The position numbers were made by a program, and so were the translations under genes. The notes beneath the pieces are model-generated. The model was not told the DNA's origin. It ran no database searches and was given only the letters and a program-made list of their open reading frames with translations. From positions 288,001 through 352,000 of the forward strand of contig CBDBCF010000001.1 in NCBI GenBank assembly GCA_965202985.1: DNA of 64,000 nt, written 5' to 3'. This DNA is from Longimicrobiales bacterium. Its GTDB lineage: Bacteria > Gemmatimonadota > Gemmatimonadetes > Longimicrobiales > Gaopeijiaceae. Numbering within the stretch: the first letter of the stretch is position 1; the number at the start of each line of letters is the position of its first letter. Below, piece by piece: positions 1 through 8,826 of the stretch.

Positions 1-1
1 G

Positions 2-769
2 CGCGCCGGACGCGACCGCGCGCAGGCTTGGTCCGCCCTGGCGGAGATGCTTCAAGAGGAGGTGTCCGTCGGCGGGTCCAGCCCGCGCAGCAACCGCGAG
101 AAGACGGTCACGATCCTGACGCGAATCTGGTGCGGACCGCCGCCGGGACTTCTTCCGCTGCGCGACGCTGGCCTGCGTCTTCTGGACGGCGTTGGGCTGG
201 CGGGGGCCACGAAGCCAGCGGAGGCCATGGAGTCAGCCGGGCTCACGGAACCGGCGGCGACCACCGAACCGGCGGGCGCCACGGAGCCCACCGGGCGCTT
301 GGCCGTCCACTGGGGCATGACGCTGGCGACCTATCCCTTCTGGAACGCCGTCGCCGCCCAGGTCGGCCGGCTCCTCCGGCTGCAGGGGGTCGCCACAGCC
401 GCCCAAGTCCACCGTCGCGTCCAGGAGCAGTACGGCGAGCGCCCCACCGTCGCTCGGGCCACGCAGCGCGTCGTGCGGTCGTTCGTGGACTGGGGAGTTC
501 TGGCCGACACCGAGACGCCGGGCCGGTACGTCGCCGGCGATCCGTGCCCGGTCCACGCCCCGGCGCTGGTCGCTTGGCTGGCGGAGGCAACCCTTCACGT
601 CCGAGTCGGCGAGCCCGCCGCGCCCCAGGAGTTGCTCGGGCAGCCCGGCCTCTTCCCCTTTCGCGTGTCCTACGTGACGGCCCGTAGCCTCGTCGCCGAG
701 TCGCCCCGGCTGGACATGGCGCACCAAGGGCTGGACACGGAGGTGGTGATGCTGGGTATGCCGGGTTGA
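2..769 (+). CDS. BrxA-like protein of type 3 BREX loci (5' end outside window)
   Basis: Frame is open from base 2. Segments NREKTVTILTRIW, LAVHWGMTLATYPFW, QVGRLLRLQG and QYGERPTVARATQRVVRSFVDWGVL resemble the gene found after pglZ in BREX-3 loci, as I recall it. A pglZ-like remnant precedes its duplicate at ~2 kb. Confidence 0.7.
   Translation, partial: RAGRDRAQAWSALAEMLQEEVSVGGSSPRSNREKTVTILTRIWCGPPPGLLPLRDAGLRLLDGVGLAGATKPAEAMESAGLTEPAATTEPAGATEPTGRLAVHWGMTLATYPFWNAVAAQVGRLLRLQGVATAAQVHRRVQEQYGERPTVARATQRVVRSFVDWGVLADTETPGRYVAGDPCPVHAPALVAWLAEATLHVRVGEPAAPQELLGQPGLFPFRVSYVTARSLVAESPRLDMAHQGLDTEVVMLGMPG
200..289 (+). repeat. 5 x 18-bp degenerate in-frame tandem repeat (AGATKP/AEAMES/AGLTEP/AATTEP/AGATEP)
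   Basis: Units read directly at 200, 218, 236, 254 and 272. Confidence 0.85.
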
Positions 770-1104
770 TCGGGATGTCCTACCAAACGCGAACGCGGAC
801 GATCCTGGCCCCTGAAGTCCCCGGAGCTGATCAACCAGGAGGGAGTCATCACGGAGTCGGTCAGGACGCTGATTGAGGCTAGGGACTGGGCAGATCGCCG
901 GTGCAATAGTAGTCCGATCCAATTTTGATTGATCAAATTTTGATTTTGGAAAGATCGAAAGAGGGACCCAAAACAAACAGGTAGTGAAGTGCTACACGCC
1001 TGGCTCATGGTCCTCTATCGTAATGCATCGCAAGAGGGCCCTTCCGGCCCACAACCTACCGGACCGCGTCTCTCGGCGTCGGCTCCGAAAAGACAGGAGA
1101 AACA

Positions 1105-1551
1105 ATGAACACTTTAGTTCGAATCGTCTATGATACCAACGTGCTGGTGTCCGCGCTCGTTGTGTCGGCCGACAAATGGGCTTGGCATCGGCAGCTCTGG
1201 CAGAGCGGCCGAGTCATCCCACTCGCAAGTCAACAGACGACGGATGAGTTTGTACGGGTACTGTCATACAAGAAGTTCGCCCTGGAGCCTGCGGATAAGC
1301 GGGAACTTCTGGCGGCGTATTCGGTGTACTCGGAGGCCATTGAAGTGTCGAATGCGCCCGCTACACCCAGTGTTCGCGATGATTCTGACCGACCGTTCCT
1401 TGAGCTTGCCCTCGTCGGACGGGCCGACGCTCTAGTGACCGGCGACCGCGATCTTCTGGAAGTCGCCCCAACGTTCTCCGTGCCTATCCTTACGCCTCGA
1501 CAGTTCGCGAATGGCTTCGAGAACGAGGAGGGTAGGTCGGCTCGGCTCTAG
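1105..1551 (+). CDS. PIN-domain (PIN_3/VapC-like) toxin
   Basis: Motifs IVYDTNVLVSAL, DDSDRPFLELA and LVTGDRDLL; AGGAG RBS upstream. Confidence 0.9.
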   Translation: MNTLVRIVYDTNVLVSALVVSADKWAWHRQLWQSGRVIPLASQQTTDEFVRVLSYKKFALEPADKRELLAAYSVYSEAIEVSNAPATPSVRDDSDRPFLELALVGRADALVTGDRDLLEVAPTFSVPILTPRQFANGFENEEGRSARL

Positions 1552-1781
1552 TCTTGGGCAGCGGAACTGCGCGCCCACTCCACGGCGTCGGCGACATCCT
1601 CCTCGGTGATGCCCATTTTGGCCAGCTTGGCGCGAACCGCAGCAGCGCGAACGACCTGGACGGGCGTCAAGACGATGCGGTCGGCCTCCATGGCCACCTC
1701 GAGGTACTCCGTGCCTTCTAGTCTGCCGATCACGGCCTCGGGCAACGTGAGTTGGTTGTCGGACGATAGTCTGGCCAGCAT
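1548..1781 (-). CDS. AbrB/MazE/SpoVT-family antitoxin (77 aa)
   Basis: MLARLSSDNQLTLPEAV...RIVLTPV swapped-hairpin pattern and C-terminal VRAKLAKMGITEEDVADAVEWAR; GGAG upstream of the ATG at 1781. Confidence 0.85.
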   Translation of the reverse strand: MLARLSSDNQLTLPEAVIGRLEGTEYLEVAMEADRIVLTPVQVVRAAAVRAKLAKMGITEEDVADAVEWARSSAAQD

Positions 1782-1937
1782 AAGCTCTCGCTCCGTCGTT
1801 GCCGCAAAATGGAATGGACTTGATGAAGATAACCTCCGCATCCCGCCGGACGCAAGCTTTAATCCAGCAGGGCAGGCACGACTCCGCGGACCGACAAAGC
1901 GGCCGTCGCCGCATTCCGGGACACGGGGCCGGGGCCA

Positions 1938-2085
1938 CTGGCGGGCCTGCCTCAAGGCTGCCTGCCCTGCTGACCCCCGGACGCTCCGCGTTCGTTCGCT
2001 AGGAGAAGTGGTGGTCGCCCACGGTGGCGCTTCATTGGAGGAGGTCGTCGTGCTGCTGGTCGGCGTCAAGCGGGTGGAGCCATGA
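1938..2085 (+). pseudogene. Remnant of the 3' end of a PglZ-like (BREX) gene
   Basis: Frameshifted pieces LLTPGRSAFVR and GEVVVAHGGASLEEVVV match the PglZ C-terminal HGG.S.EE motif. The stop overlaps an ATGA that starts the brxA-like remnant. Confidence 0.65.
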
Positions 2086-2452
2086 GCGGCCCGGCGTCGC
2101 AGTCGGTCGCCGGACGCGACCGGGCACACTTGGTCAGCCCTGGTCCAGGTCGGTAGGCTACTCCGTCCCCAGGGGGTTGCCGCGACCGTCCAGGTCCGCC
2201 GTCGCGTTCAAGAGCAGTACGGCGAACGCCCCACTGTCGCCTGGCCGTGCGTCGCATCGTGCGGTCATTCGTGGACTGGAGGAGGCCTGGCCGACACCGA
2301 GACGCGGAGCCGGTACGTCGCCGGCGATCCCGTGCCAGTTCGCCCCAGCGCTCGTCGCCTGGCTGGCGGAGGCCGCCCTTCACGTTCGGGGCGGCGAGCT
2401 CGCTGTGCCCTTCCAGGCGCTACTCGGACAGCCCGGCCTCTTTCCCTTCGCG
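2082..2452 (+). pseudogene. Decayed, internally deleted second copy of the brxA-like gene
   Basis: 2107-2142 matches ~4-41 and ~2143-2452 matches ~358-665 (e.g. gagcagtacggcga, ctggccgacaccgagacgc, gccggtacgtcgccggcgatcc, cagcccggcctctt); multiple indels. Confidence 0.9.
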
Positions 2453-2592
2453 GGCATCCGTATGGCCGTCTGGGCTGTTCCGCTGTGGAGGGCACGCGGT
2501 CACTTGCAACCGGAAAGATGTGGGGCCATGTTCCCTTCCCCACCGTCCAACGCCCCTGCTGACGCCAGCTCGTCCGATCGAGAGGCTGACCG

Positions 2593-3006
2593 TTGATCGA
2601 CTCCACGCTGCCGCAGAACATCGAGAGTCCGGAGAAGGCCGTTGCTTCGGGTACCGGTCCTGCGAGGGTTCTGCGCAAGATACTGAGAACTTGGCGGTTG
2701 GACGGTCAGGACGAAGCGATGGCGGCCTTGCTCGGACTGGATGAATCCGACAATGCCCTCGCGCTCGACTTACTGGCCGGGCGTGGCGAGCTGCGAGGGC
2801 GTGATGTAGAAGACCGACTTGTTTGTCTGTATCAGATCAGAAAGACGTTGCACTCGCTCCTTCGGGACGAGCAAGTAGAGAACGAGTGGCTCCGGGAGCG
2901 ACATCCTGGACTGGAGGGCAAGCGCCCAATGGACCTGATGCTGAAGGGGTCCATGGAGAACCTGCTGCTCGTTCGGGACTACGTGGAAGCGATCGCGGGC
3001 CTATAG
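2593..3006 (+). CDS. Xre/MbcA/ParS-type (DUF2384-like) antitoxin
   Basis: C-terminal ENEWLRERHPGLEGKRPMDLMLKGSMENLLLVRDYVE and N-terminal HTH-like AMAALLGL. Confidence 0.8.
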   Translation: MIDSTLPQNIESPEKAVASGTGPARVLRKILRTWRLDGQDEAMAALLGLDESDNALALDLLAGRGELRGRDVEDRLVCLYQIRKTLHSLLRDEQVENEWLRERHPGLEGKRPMDLMLKGSMENLLLVRDYVEAIAGL

Positions 3007-3008
3007 TC

Positions 3009-4253
3009 ATGCACGAGCCGAATCGACCACAAGACGACGACCGACGGTTTCTCACCCGAGTCGTGCTGCGCAACTACAAGAGCATCGCGGCGGCAGACGT
3101 CTCTCCTTCCCAAGTCTCGTTCCTGGTAGGACCCAACGGCTCCGGCAAGAGCAACTTCCTTGATGCGCTGCGCTTCGTGGCGGAGTCATTGCGATCAACG
3201 ATGGATCATGCGATCCGCGAACGAGGAGGAATCAACGTAGTCCGAAGGCGATCCAGAGGACACCCCAACCACTTTGGCATTCGCATTGACTTCCGTTCAG
3301 CGCAATTTCGGGGTCGTTATGCGTTCACGGTGGGAGCCAAGGCGGGTGGCGACTATGAAATACGGGAAGAAGAATGCTACATCAAGACGACCGAAGATCC
3401 TACCTACGACTACTACAGCGTGAAGGGCGGTAACGTCCAGCAGAGCACGCTTCAAGTGCCTCCCCGCGCTCACCCTCGTCGTTTGTACCTAGTTGCAACA
3501 TCTGGAATCGAACCTTTCGGACAACTGTACGACGCGTTTCTTGAAATGGGATTCTACAACCTGGTCCCAGAGGTCATTCGGAGTCTCCAGCCGCCGGGAC
3601 CAGGCGACCTCTTGGCCAGAGACGGCAGGAACGCGGCTGGCGTCTTGGCCAATTTGGCAGCGCGCTCCCCGACGTTCAAGAAACGCATCGAAGATTACCT
3701 TGGCCGCATCGTGCCCGGCGTGGTCGGAGTGGAACGAGTGGTAGCGAGGGATAGGGAAACGCTTGAGTTCGACCAGAAAGTAAAGGGAGCGCAACACCCG
3801 TGGCGGTTCGGCGCAACCAACATGTCCGACGGCACGCTTCGAGCGTTCGGAGTCCTGCTCGCGCTCTTTCAGAGTGGGCGAGACGGGATCGGCTTGGCGC
3901 AACCCTTTATTGGGATCGAAGAACCGGAGCTGGCGGTGCATCCAGCTGCGACGGCCGTGCTTTTGGATGCGCTTCGAGAGACAGCCCGGCACTCTCAGGT
4001 GTTGGTCACCAGTCACAGCGCCGACCTTCTCGACAATGTAGGAACCTCCGACGATTCGGTGCTGGCGGTGCTGGCCGAAGATGGAGTCACACGCATAGGC
4101 CCGCTGGACGAGGCCGGACGTTCGGCGCTCAAGAAGGGGCTCTTCACCGCCGGTGAACTCCTTCGCGTGGACCAGCTGATACCGGACCCGAACAGCACGA
4201 ACCTGAAGCCGCAGCAGCTCCCATTGTTTGGATCCGGTAAAGGGGCCGGATGA
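3009..4253 (+). CDS. ABC-type ATPase (AAA_21/AAA_15 family)
   Basis: LRNYKSI, Walker A GPNGSGKS, signature MSDGT, Walker B IGIEEPE, H-loop TSHS. Confidence 0.92.
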   Translation: MHEPNRPQDDDRRFLTRVVLRNYKSIAAADVSPSQVSFLVGPNGSGKSNFLDALRFVAESLRSTMDHAIRERGGINVVRRRSRGHPNHFGIRIDFRSAQFRGRYAFTVGAKAGGDYEIREEECYIKTTEDPTYDYYSVKGGNVQQSTLQVPPRAHPRRLYLVATSGIEPFGQLYDAFLEMGFYNLVPEVIRSLQPPGPGDLLARDGRNAAGVLANLAARSPTFKKRIEDYLGRIVPGVVGVERVVARDRETLEFDQKVKGAQHPWRFGATNMSDGTLRAFGVLLALFQSGRDGIGLAQPFIGIEEPELAVHPAATAVLLDALRETARHSQVLVTSHSADLLDNVGTSDDSVLAVLAEDGVTRIGPLDEAGRSALKKGLFTAGELLRVDQLIPDPNSTNLKPQQLPLFGSGKGAG

Positions 4254-4838
4254 TCACGATCGCCTCCATAGTCGAGGGGCACGGCGAGGTAGCGGCTCTG
4301 CCTCTGCTCCTGCGACGCATCGCCGGACAGGTGGCGGCAGGGCGCGTTGTCAACGCTTCACGCCCATTTCGGGTTCGGCGCCAGAACTTCCTCAAGCCCG
4401 ACGAGGTCGAACGCAGCGTAGAGTTCGTCGCCAACCGATCCGGGGTGGACGGAAGGATACTGATACTGCTGGACGCGAACAGCGACTGCCCAAAGACGCT
4501 TGCGGCCGAGATTGTCGAGCGTGCTCGGCAAGCTCGGGGCGACCGGGCCATACAGGTCGTATTGGCCAAGGTGGAGTACGAGGCGTGGTTTCTGGCCGCG
4601 GCCGAATCCGTGGCCGATCACAGGGGCATCAAACCCGATGTCGTCTCTCCTTCCAACCCCGAGGCCGTCCAAAGATGCGAAAGGGTGGATCAGCAAACGG
4701 ATGGAGCCTGGGCGCTCGTACAGCCCATCGACCGACCAGCCAGCGTTGACCGCCGTCTTCGACATGGATGTCGCCCGCAAGCGAGCGGCCTCGTTCGACA
4801 AGCTGTACCGCGCCGTGGAGTCCCTGCTGGTGGATTGA
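4250..4838 (+). pseudogene. DUF4276-like (TOPRIM-related) protein, frameshifted near 4670
   Basis: IVEGHGE, LLDANSDCP and EYEAWFLA lie in one frame; DAKGWIS...YSPSTDQPALT...SFDKL lie in another. Removing one base at 4670-4673 restores 195 aa. Start overlaps the ATPase stop (ATGA). Confidence 0.8.
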
Positions 4839-4946
4839 CGGGGCCGGGTGGGCTTCACCCGCCGGAAGCTTGCGACCTATCGCGAGAAGTAGTACGATGT
4901 TTCCAGAGATCGGTCTTGTCCCAGCACTACGGAAGAGGTCCGCGAC

Positions 4947-6149
4947 ATGATCGCCGAATCAAGCCCATTTGCTCCGGGAGCGCCGGTTCCGGCCGAGCTT
5001 TTCGTCGGGCGCCGGGGCGAAATCGAGCACGTCCGCGGCTTGGTGCGAGCCGCAAGGGACGGCCGGACCAGGGTGGGCTTCGTCAGCGGGGAACGCGGCA
5101 TCGGCAAGAGTTCCTTGGCTGGATTCGTCCGGTGGCTCGCCGAACGTCACGACGGAGTCGTCGGCTGTCACGTCTACTTGGGCGGCGTGCAAACCCTGGA
5201 GGGGATGCTGCAACGGACCTTCGACCGCCTGCTGAAGGACAGCATCGAACGCCCATGGCACGAGCAGATGCGCGATTCCCTGGGCGAACGAGTTCGCAGC
5301 GTCGGCCTCTTCGGCGCCACGCTCGAGCTTCGGCTCGGTAGCGACGACCTGCAAGTCATCGAGCGCAACTTTGCTCATTCGATTCGGGATTTTCTCAAGA
5401 AGACGGGGAACAAGAAAGCCCTCTTGCTGATTCTCGACGACGTCAACGGACTGGCCGATTCGGTGCAGTTCGCCAACTGGCTCAAGAGCACCGTGGACGA
5501 GATTGCCACGTCGCGGCACCGGACCCGACTGTGCGTTCTGATGGTCGGCCTGGACGAGAGACGGCGGCAAATGATCGCCGGACAGCCTTCCCTGGCGCGC
5601 GTCTTCGAGCTGGTCAAGATCGCCCCGTGGTCTGCCGACGAGGTCGAAGAGTTCTATCGGCAGTCGTTTCGTTCCTCTGGTGCGGAGGCGTCTCCCCGAG
5701 ACTTGGACCTGCTAGTGGACTTCACGGGCGGGCTTCCCGTCTTGGCTCACGAGATCGGCGACGCCGTTTGGCGCGTCGCTCGGACCCCGGCCCTCACGCG
5801 GAGCGATATCGAGACGGGCATTGTTCTGGCCGCCGCAACCGTGGGCAGCAAGTACTTGGGACCCCAGGTCTTGGCTGCAACTCGCAGCGCGCGTTATCGA
5901 TCGATCCTTGAAGCAATCGTGCGACACTTGGATGTTCGTTTCACCCGAACCGAGATCATCCAACACCTTGCGCACGACGATCAGCCAGTGCTGGACCACT
6001 TCCTGCGCCGAATGAGACAACTGGGCGTGCTGGAGGCGGTCCCCAAGACTCGAGGCGAGTACCAGTTCCCAAACCGTCTCTCATGGCTGTACTTCCGGAT
6101 GTCGGCCAGGTCGGCACCCCTTGTCGATCGCCAGAGCCTGCGCCCATGA
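4947..6149 (+). CDS. AAA_16/ORC1-like P-loop ATPase with C-terminal winged helix
   Basis: SPFAPG, FVGRRGEI, Walker A GERGIGKS, Walker B LLILDD, TGGLP motif. Confidence 0.85.
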   Translation: MIAESSPFAPGAPVPAELFVGRRGEIEHVRGLVRAARDGRTRVGFVSGERGIGKSSLAGFVRWLAERHDGVVGCHVYLGGVQTLEGMLQRTFDRLLKDSIERPWHEQMRDSLGERVRSVGLFGATLELRLGSDDLQVIERNFAHSIRDFLKKTGNKKALLLILDDVNGLADSVQFANWLKSTVDEIATSRHRTRLCVLMVGLDERRRQMIAGQPSLARVFELVKIAPWSADEVEEFYRQSFRSSGAEASPRDLDLLVDFTGGLPVLAHEIGDAVWRVARTPALTRSDIETGIVLAAATVGSKYLGPQVLAATRSARYRSILEAIVRHLDVRFTRTEIIQHLAHDDQPVLDHFLRRMRQLGVLEAVPKTRGEYQFPNRLSWLYFRMSARSAPLVDRQSLRP

Positions 6150-6268
6150 CCAAGAACAGCCCGTTGCACGATGATTCACTCCGCAACGCCGGACTTGAAC
6201 AACAAGAGCTATACGGTTTGCTGTGGGTAAGCGCACACTTCAACAGGCTTGCTCGAAGAGGCTGATCA

Positions 6269-6643
6269 ATGCTTGATTCCACATTCTTGCAGAACATCGA
6301 GAGCCGAGAAAAGGAAGTTACCTGGGGGATGGTTGGGTCCCGGCGCCGACTCGATGCCGCGATTCTTACCGACCCCGACGTCACGGAGCTCTTGACTGCA
6401 CTGCGTGACCATCCAGCTGCCCGGACACAGCTTGTCGTCAGGATTGGCACTTTGGCAACCCTAGGTGGCGATCCCGATTACATCCACCGCTACGACCTAG
6501 CGATCTTCGCGTACCTTCGTGCACTGGACATCTTCGACCCCGATCTCGCTGCCGTGGCGGCGTCCAGCGTAGCGACGCTAGGCAACGTGTGGTGGTCGCG
6601 ACCACTTGCTCTCCGTCTCCTCGGGCTCTCGCATACCAGCTGA
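6269..6643 (+). CDS. Hypothetical protein (124 aa)
   Basis: ORF with GAGG RBS, co-oriented with the island genes; no motif recognised. Confidence 0.5.
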   Translation: MLDSTFLQNIESREKEVTWGMVGSRRRLDAAILTDPDVTELLTALRDHPAARTQLVVRIGTLATLGGDPDYIHRYDLAIFAYLRALDIFDPDLAAVAASSVATLGNVWWSRPLALRLLGLSHTS

Positions 6644-6676
6644 GATCGCACGACAACCACCTCCACCGAACCTCCA

Positions 6677-7237
6677 ATGCCCCCGAAGACCAAGACCTAC
6701 CAACTCCGCATAGCTCTGGAAGGCGCCCGGCCTTCTATCTGGCGACGGTTTCTCGTCCCGAGTTCGATCAGCCTGCCCATGCTCCACCACGTCCTGCAGA
6801 TCGTCATGGGGTGGCAGGATTGTCACCTGCACAGATTTGTCAAGGGCGATCGGCAGTTTTATATGCCGAGTCCCTGGTCCGATCCATGGGCTCCCGACTT
6901 GCTGGACGAAAGGAAGTATCGGCTCGACCAGCTGCTGACCAAGCCGAAGGACTGGATGAGATACGTGTACGACTTCGGCGACAACTGGCGGCACAAGATC
7001 ACGTTGCAGAAGGTCCTGCCTGCCGATCCGAAGCAACGGTTGCCGATCTGCCTTTCCGGCAAGCGTCGGTGCCCTCCCGAGGACAGCGGCGGACTGTGGG
7101 GCTACTACCACATGCTGGAGGTCGTCGCCGACCCGACGCACGAAGAACATGAACTGTATTCCGAATGGCTCGACGACGACTTTGACCCGGCAGACTTCGA
7201 CGTGAGCGCCGTGAACTTCGCACTGGGGATCCGCTGA
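6677..7237 (+). CDS. Plasmid pRiA4b ORF-3 family protein
   Basis: YQLRIAL...PSIWRRFLVP, LHHVLQIVMGWQDCHLHRF, YVYDFGDNWRH, CPPEDSGG. Confidence 0.92.
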   Translation: MPPKTKTYQLRIALEGARPSIWRRFLVPSSISLPMLHHVLQIVMGWQDCHLHRFVKGDRQFYMPSPWSDPWAPDLLDERKYRLDQLLTKPKDWMRYVYDFGDNWRHKITLQKVLPADPKQRLPICLSGKRRCPPEDSGGLWGYYHMLEVVADPTHEEHELYSEWLDDDFDPADFDVSAVNFALGIR

Positions 7238-7267
7238 GGACGTGGTTGCCGGCGCACCGTTGTGCCG

Positions 7268-8227
7268 CTACTCCGTCACATCCAGGCTCCACAGGCCGAA
7301 AATGTCGTTTCCTGCCGCTAGAAAGCGCCGCCGCGCCATGTCCAGGTAGTCCGGGCTGACTTCCACGCCGACGCTGTTGCGGCCCGCCAAGGCGGCGGCC
7401 AGCGACGTCGTGCCCGTTCCCAGGAACGGATCCAGAACCGTGTCGCCCACGAACGAGAACATGCGCACGAGGCGGTTGGCGAGTTCCAGCGGGTAGGGGG
7501 CGGGATGGTCGCGGGTCGATGCGCCCGGCAATGTCCAAATCTGACTGAACCACTTCCGATGATCGGCCTCGGAAATGACGCTCATGGCTCGGGCCGCGAG
7601 CGAGGGGCTGCGGTAGCCGCCGGGCTTGCGTTGCATGAGAATGAACTCGATGTCGTTCTTGACGATGGCGTTCGGTTCGTATGGCTTGCCGAGGAAGCCG
7701 CCGGGTCCCATCTCGAACTCCGCGTTGGCGATCTTGTGCCAAATGATCGGTGCCAAGTTGTCGAACCCCATCTTGCGACAGGATTCCTGAATGCTCGCAT
7801 GGAGCGGATAGACGACGTGACGACCGTGCCGTCGCCGGGAAAGACAGACGTCTCCCACAACGATAATCAACCGACCTCCAGGCACTAGCAGCCGACTGCA
7901 CTCTCGCCACACCTTGGCAACCTCGGCCACAAATGCGTCGTAGTCGGCAACGCGACCCAGCTGGTCTGCGCCGTCCTTGTACTCTTTGAGCGTCCAGTAC
8001 GGCGGCGACGTAACGACCAAGTGAACCGGTTCCGTCACTACTTGCGAAAGCCACCGCGCGTCGCCCCGTATCATCCGATGGCGCGACGGCATCTCCCGCA
8101 GTGCATCCGCAACTCGTGCCACTTGCTCGGGGTCCCTGGCCATTTGCGGCAACGCGGTCTTCAGGGAGATCTCGGAAAGATCGACGCTCGGCAAGTGTTT
8201 GTCGACCAGCGCGGCCATCGTCTCCAT
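7268..8227 (-). CDS. Beta-class site-specific DNA methyltransferase (probably N4-cytosine)
   Basis: Catalytic VVTSPPY precedes HPAPYP and the SAM-binding VLDPFLGTGTT. Confidence 0.92.
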   Translation of the reverse strand: METMAALVDKHLPSVDLSEISLKTALPQMARDPEQVARVADALREMPSRHRMIRGDARWLSQVVTEPVHLVVTSPPYWTLKEYKDGADQLGRVADYDAFVAEVAKVWRECSRLLVPGGRLIIVVGDVCLSRRRHGRHVVYPLHASIQESCRKMGFDNLAPIIWHKIANAEFEMGPGGFLGKPYEPNAIVKNDIEFILMQRKPGGYRSPSLAARAMSVISEADHRKWFSQIWTLPGASTRDHPAPYPLELANRLVRMFSFVGDTVLDPFLGTGTTSLAAALAGRNSVGVEVSPDYLDMARRRFLAAGNDIFGLWSLDVTE

Positions 8228-8826
8228 TAGCCGGTCCCAATCGACGGATTTCTCTTGCGAACCTGGTCAACTAGGCAATCGAAGAAATCTCGCCCCGCTT
8301 CTTCGCCGGACACAATTCGGGGGCCGTGCGCAAAGTCGACCTCGACGAACCACGACGCCTCGATCATGCCAGTACTCCACGACGGCGGGCGACGGCCAGA
8401 GAGCCGACGAAGTCGATTCCGCAACAGCTCCGACCACGTGCACTTGTGCCGCGAACTGAATGCGTCTTCGGCAATGTTGAACACCATTACGTATCCGGTC
8501 ACGATTTCCGGAGAATACATCTGCACATTGGTCACTTCCCCGATCAGGTCGTCGATTCGGTTGGGTACCGTTCCTCCGGGATTCCGAAGCAGTGACTTCA
8601 ACGAAACAACCAACCTCGGCTTGCGGTCTGCGTTCCAAGATACATCCCAAGACTTGCGTCTCGCACCACCGGCCACGGAAGCCTCCGTGAGTGCACCTAC
8701 AAGGCCCCGTCGCGCAAGCTCCTTGACGACTAACTGAGCCAGGGCTTGCAACCTTGCGGTTGAAGTCGGCTTCTCTTCGACGATGGCGATTCTGTGCAGG
8801 TCGGCGATCGCGTTCTGGAGGCTCAT
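8227..8826 (-). CDS. Putative type II restriction endonuclease (PD-(D/E)xK fold)
   Basis: KSWDV...VVSLKS...PNRIDDLIGE pattern; stop overlaps the methyltransferase start (TAATG). Confidence 0.7.
   Translation of the reverse strand: MSLQNAIADLHRIAIVEEKPTSTARLQALAQLVVKELARRGLVGALTEASVAGGARRKSWDVSWNADRKPRLVVSLKSLLRNPGGTVPNRIDDLIGEVTNVQMYSPEIVTGYVMVFNIAEDAFSSRHKCTWSELLRNRLRRLSGRRPPSWSTGMIEASWFVEVDFAHGPRIVSGEEAGRDFFDCLVDQVRKRNPSIGTG

Noticed and set aside
925..936. FNR box
   Set aside because: TTGAT and ATCAA are separated by 2 bp, not 4
4250..5341. 363-aa ORF as an intact gene
   Set aside because: Only the first ~140 aa are DUF4276-like; the rest is out-of-frame run-on overlapping the next ATPase
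6146..6643. Possible stop-codon readthrough joining a 39-aa ORF to the 124-aa ORF across TGA 6263-6265
   Set aside because: The same TGA sits in the duplicated module at 2587-2589 beside an RBS, favouring a true stop and restart; no SECIS-like evidence
6677..7237. Plasmid or IS origin inferred from the pRiA4b ORF3 gene
   Set aside because: No transposase, integrase, rep gene or terminal repeats seen; the family is common on chromosomes
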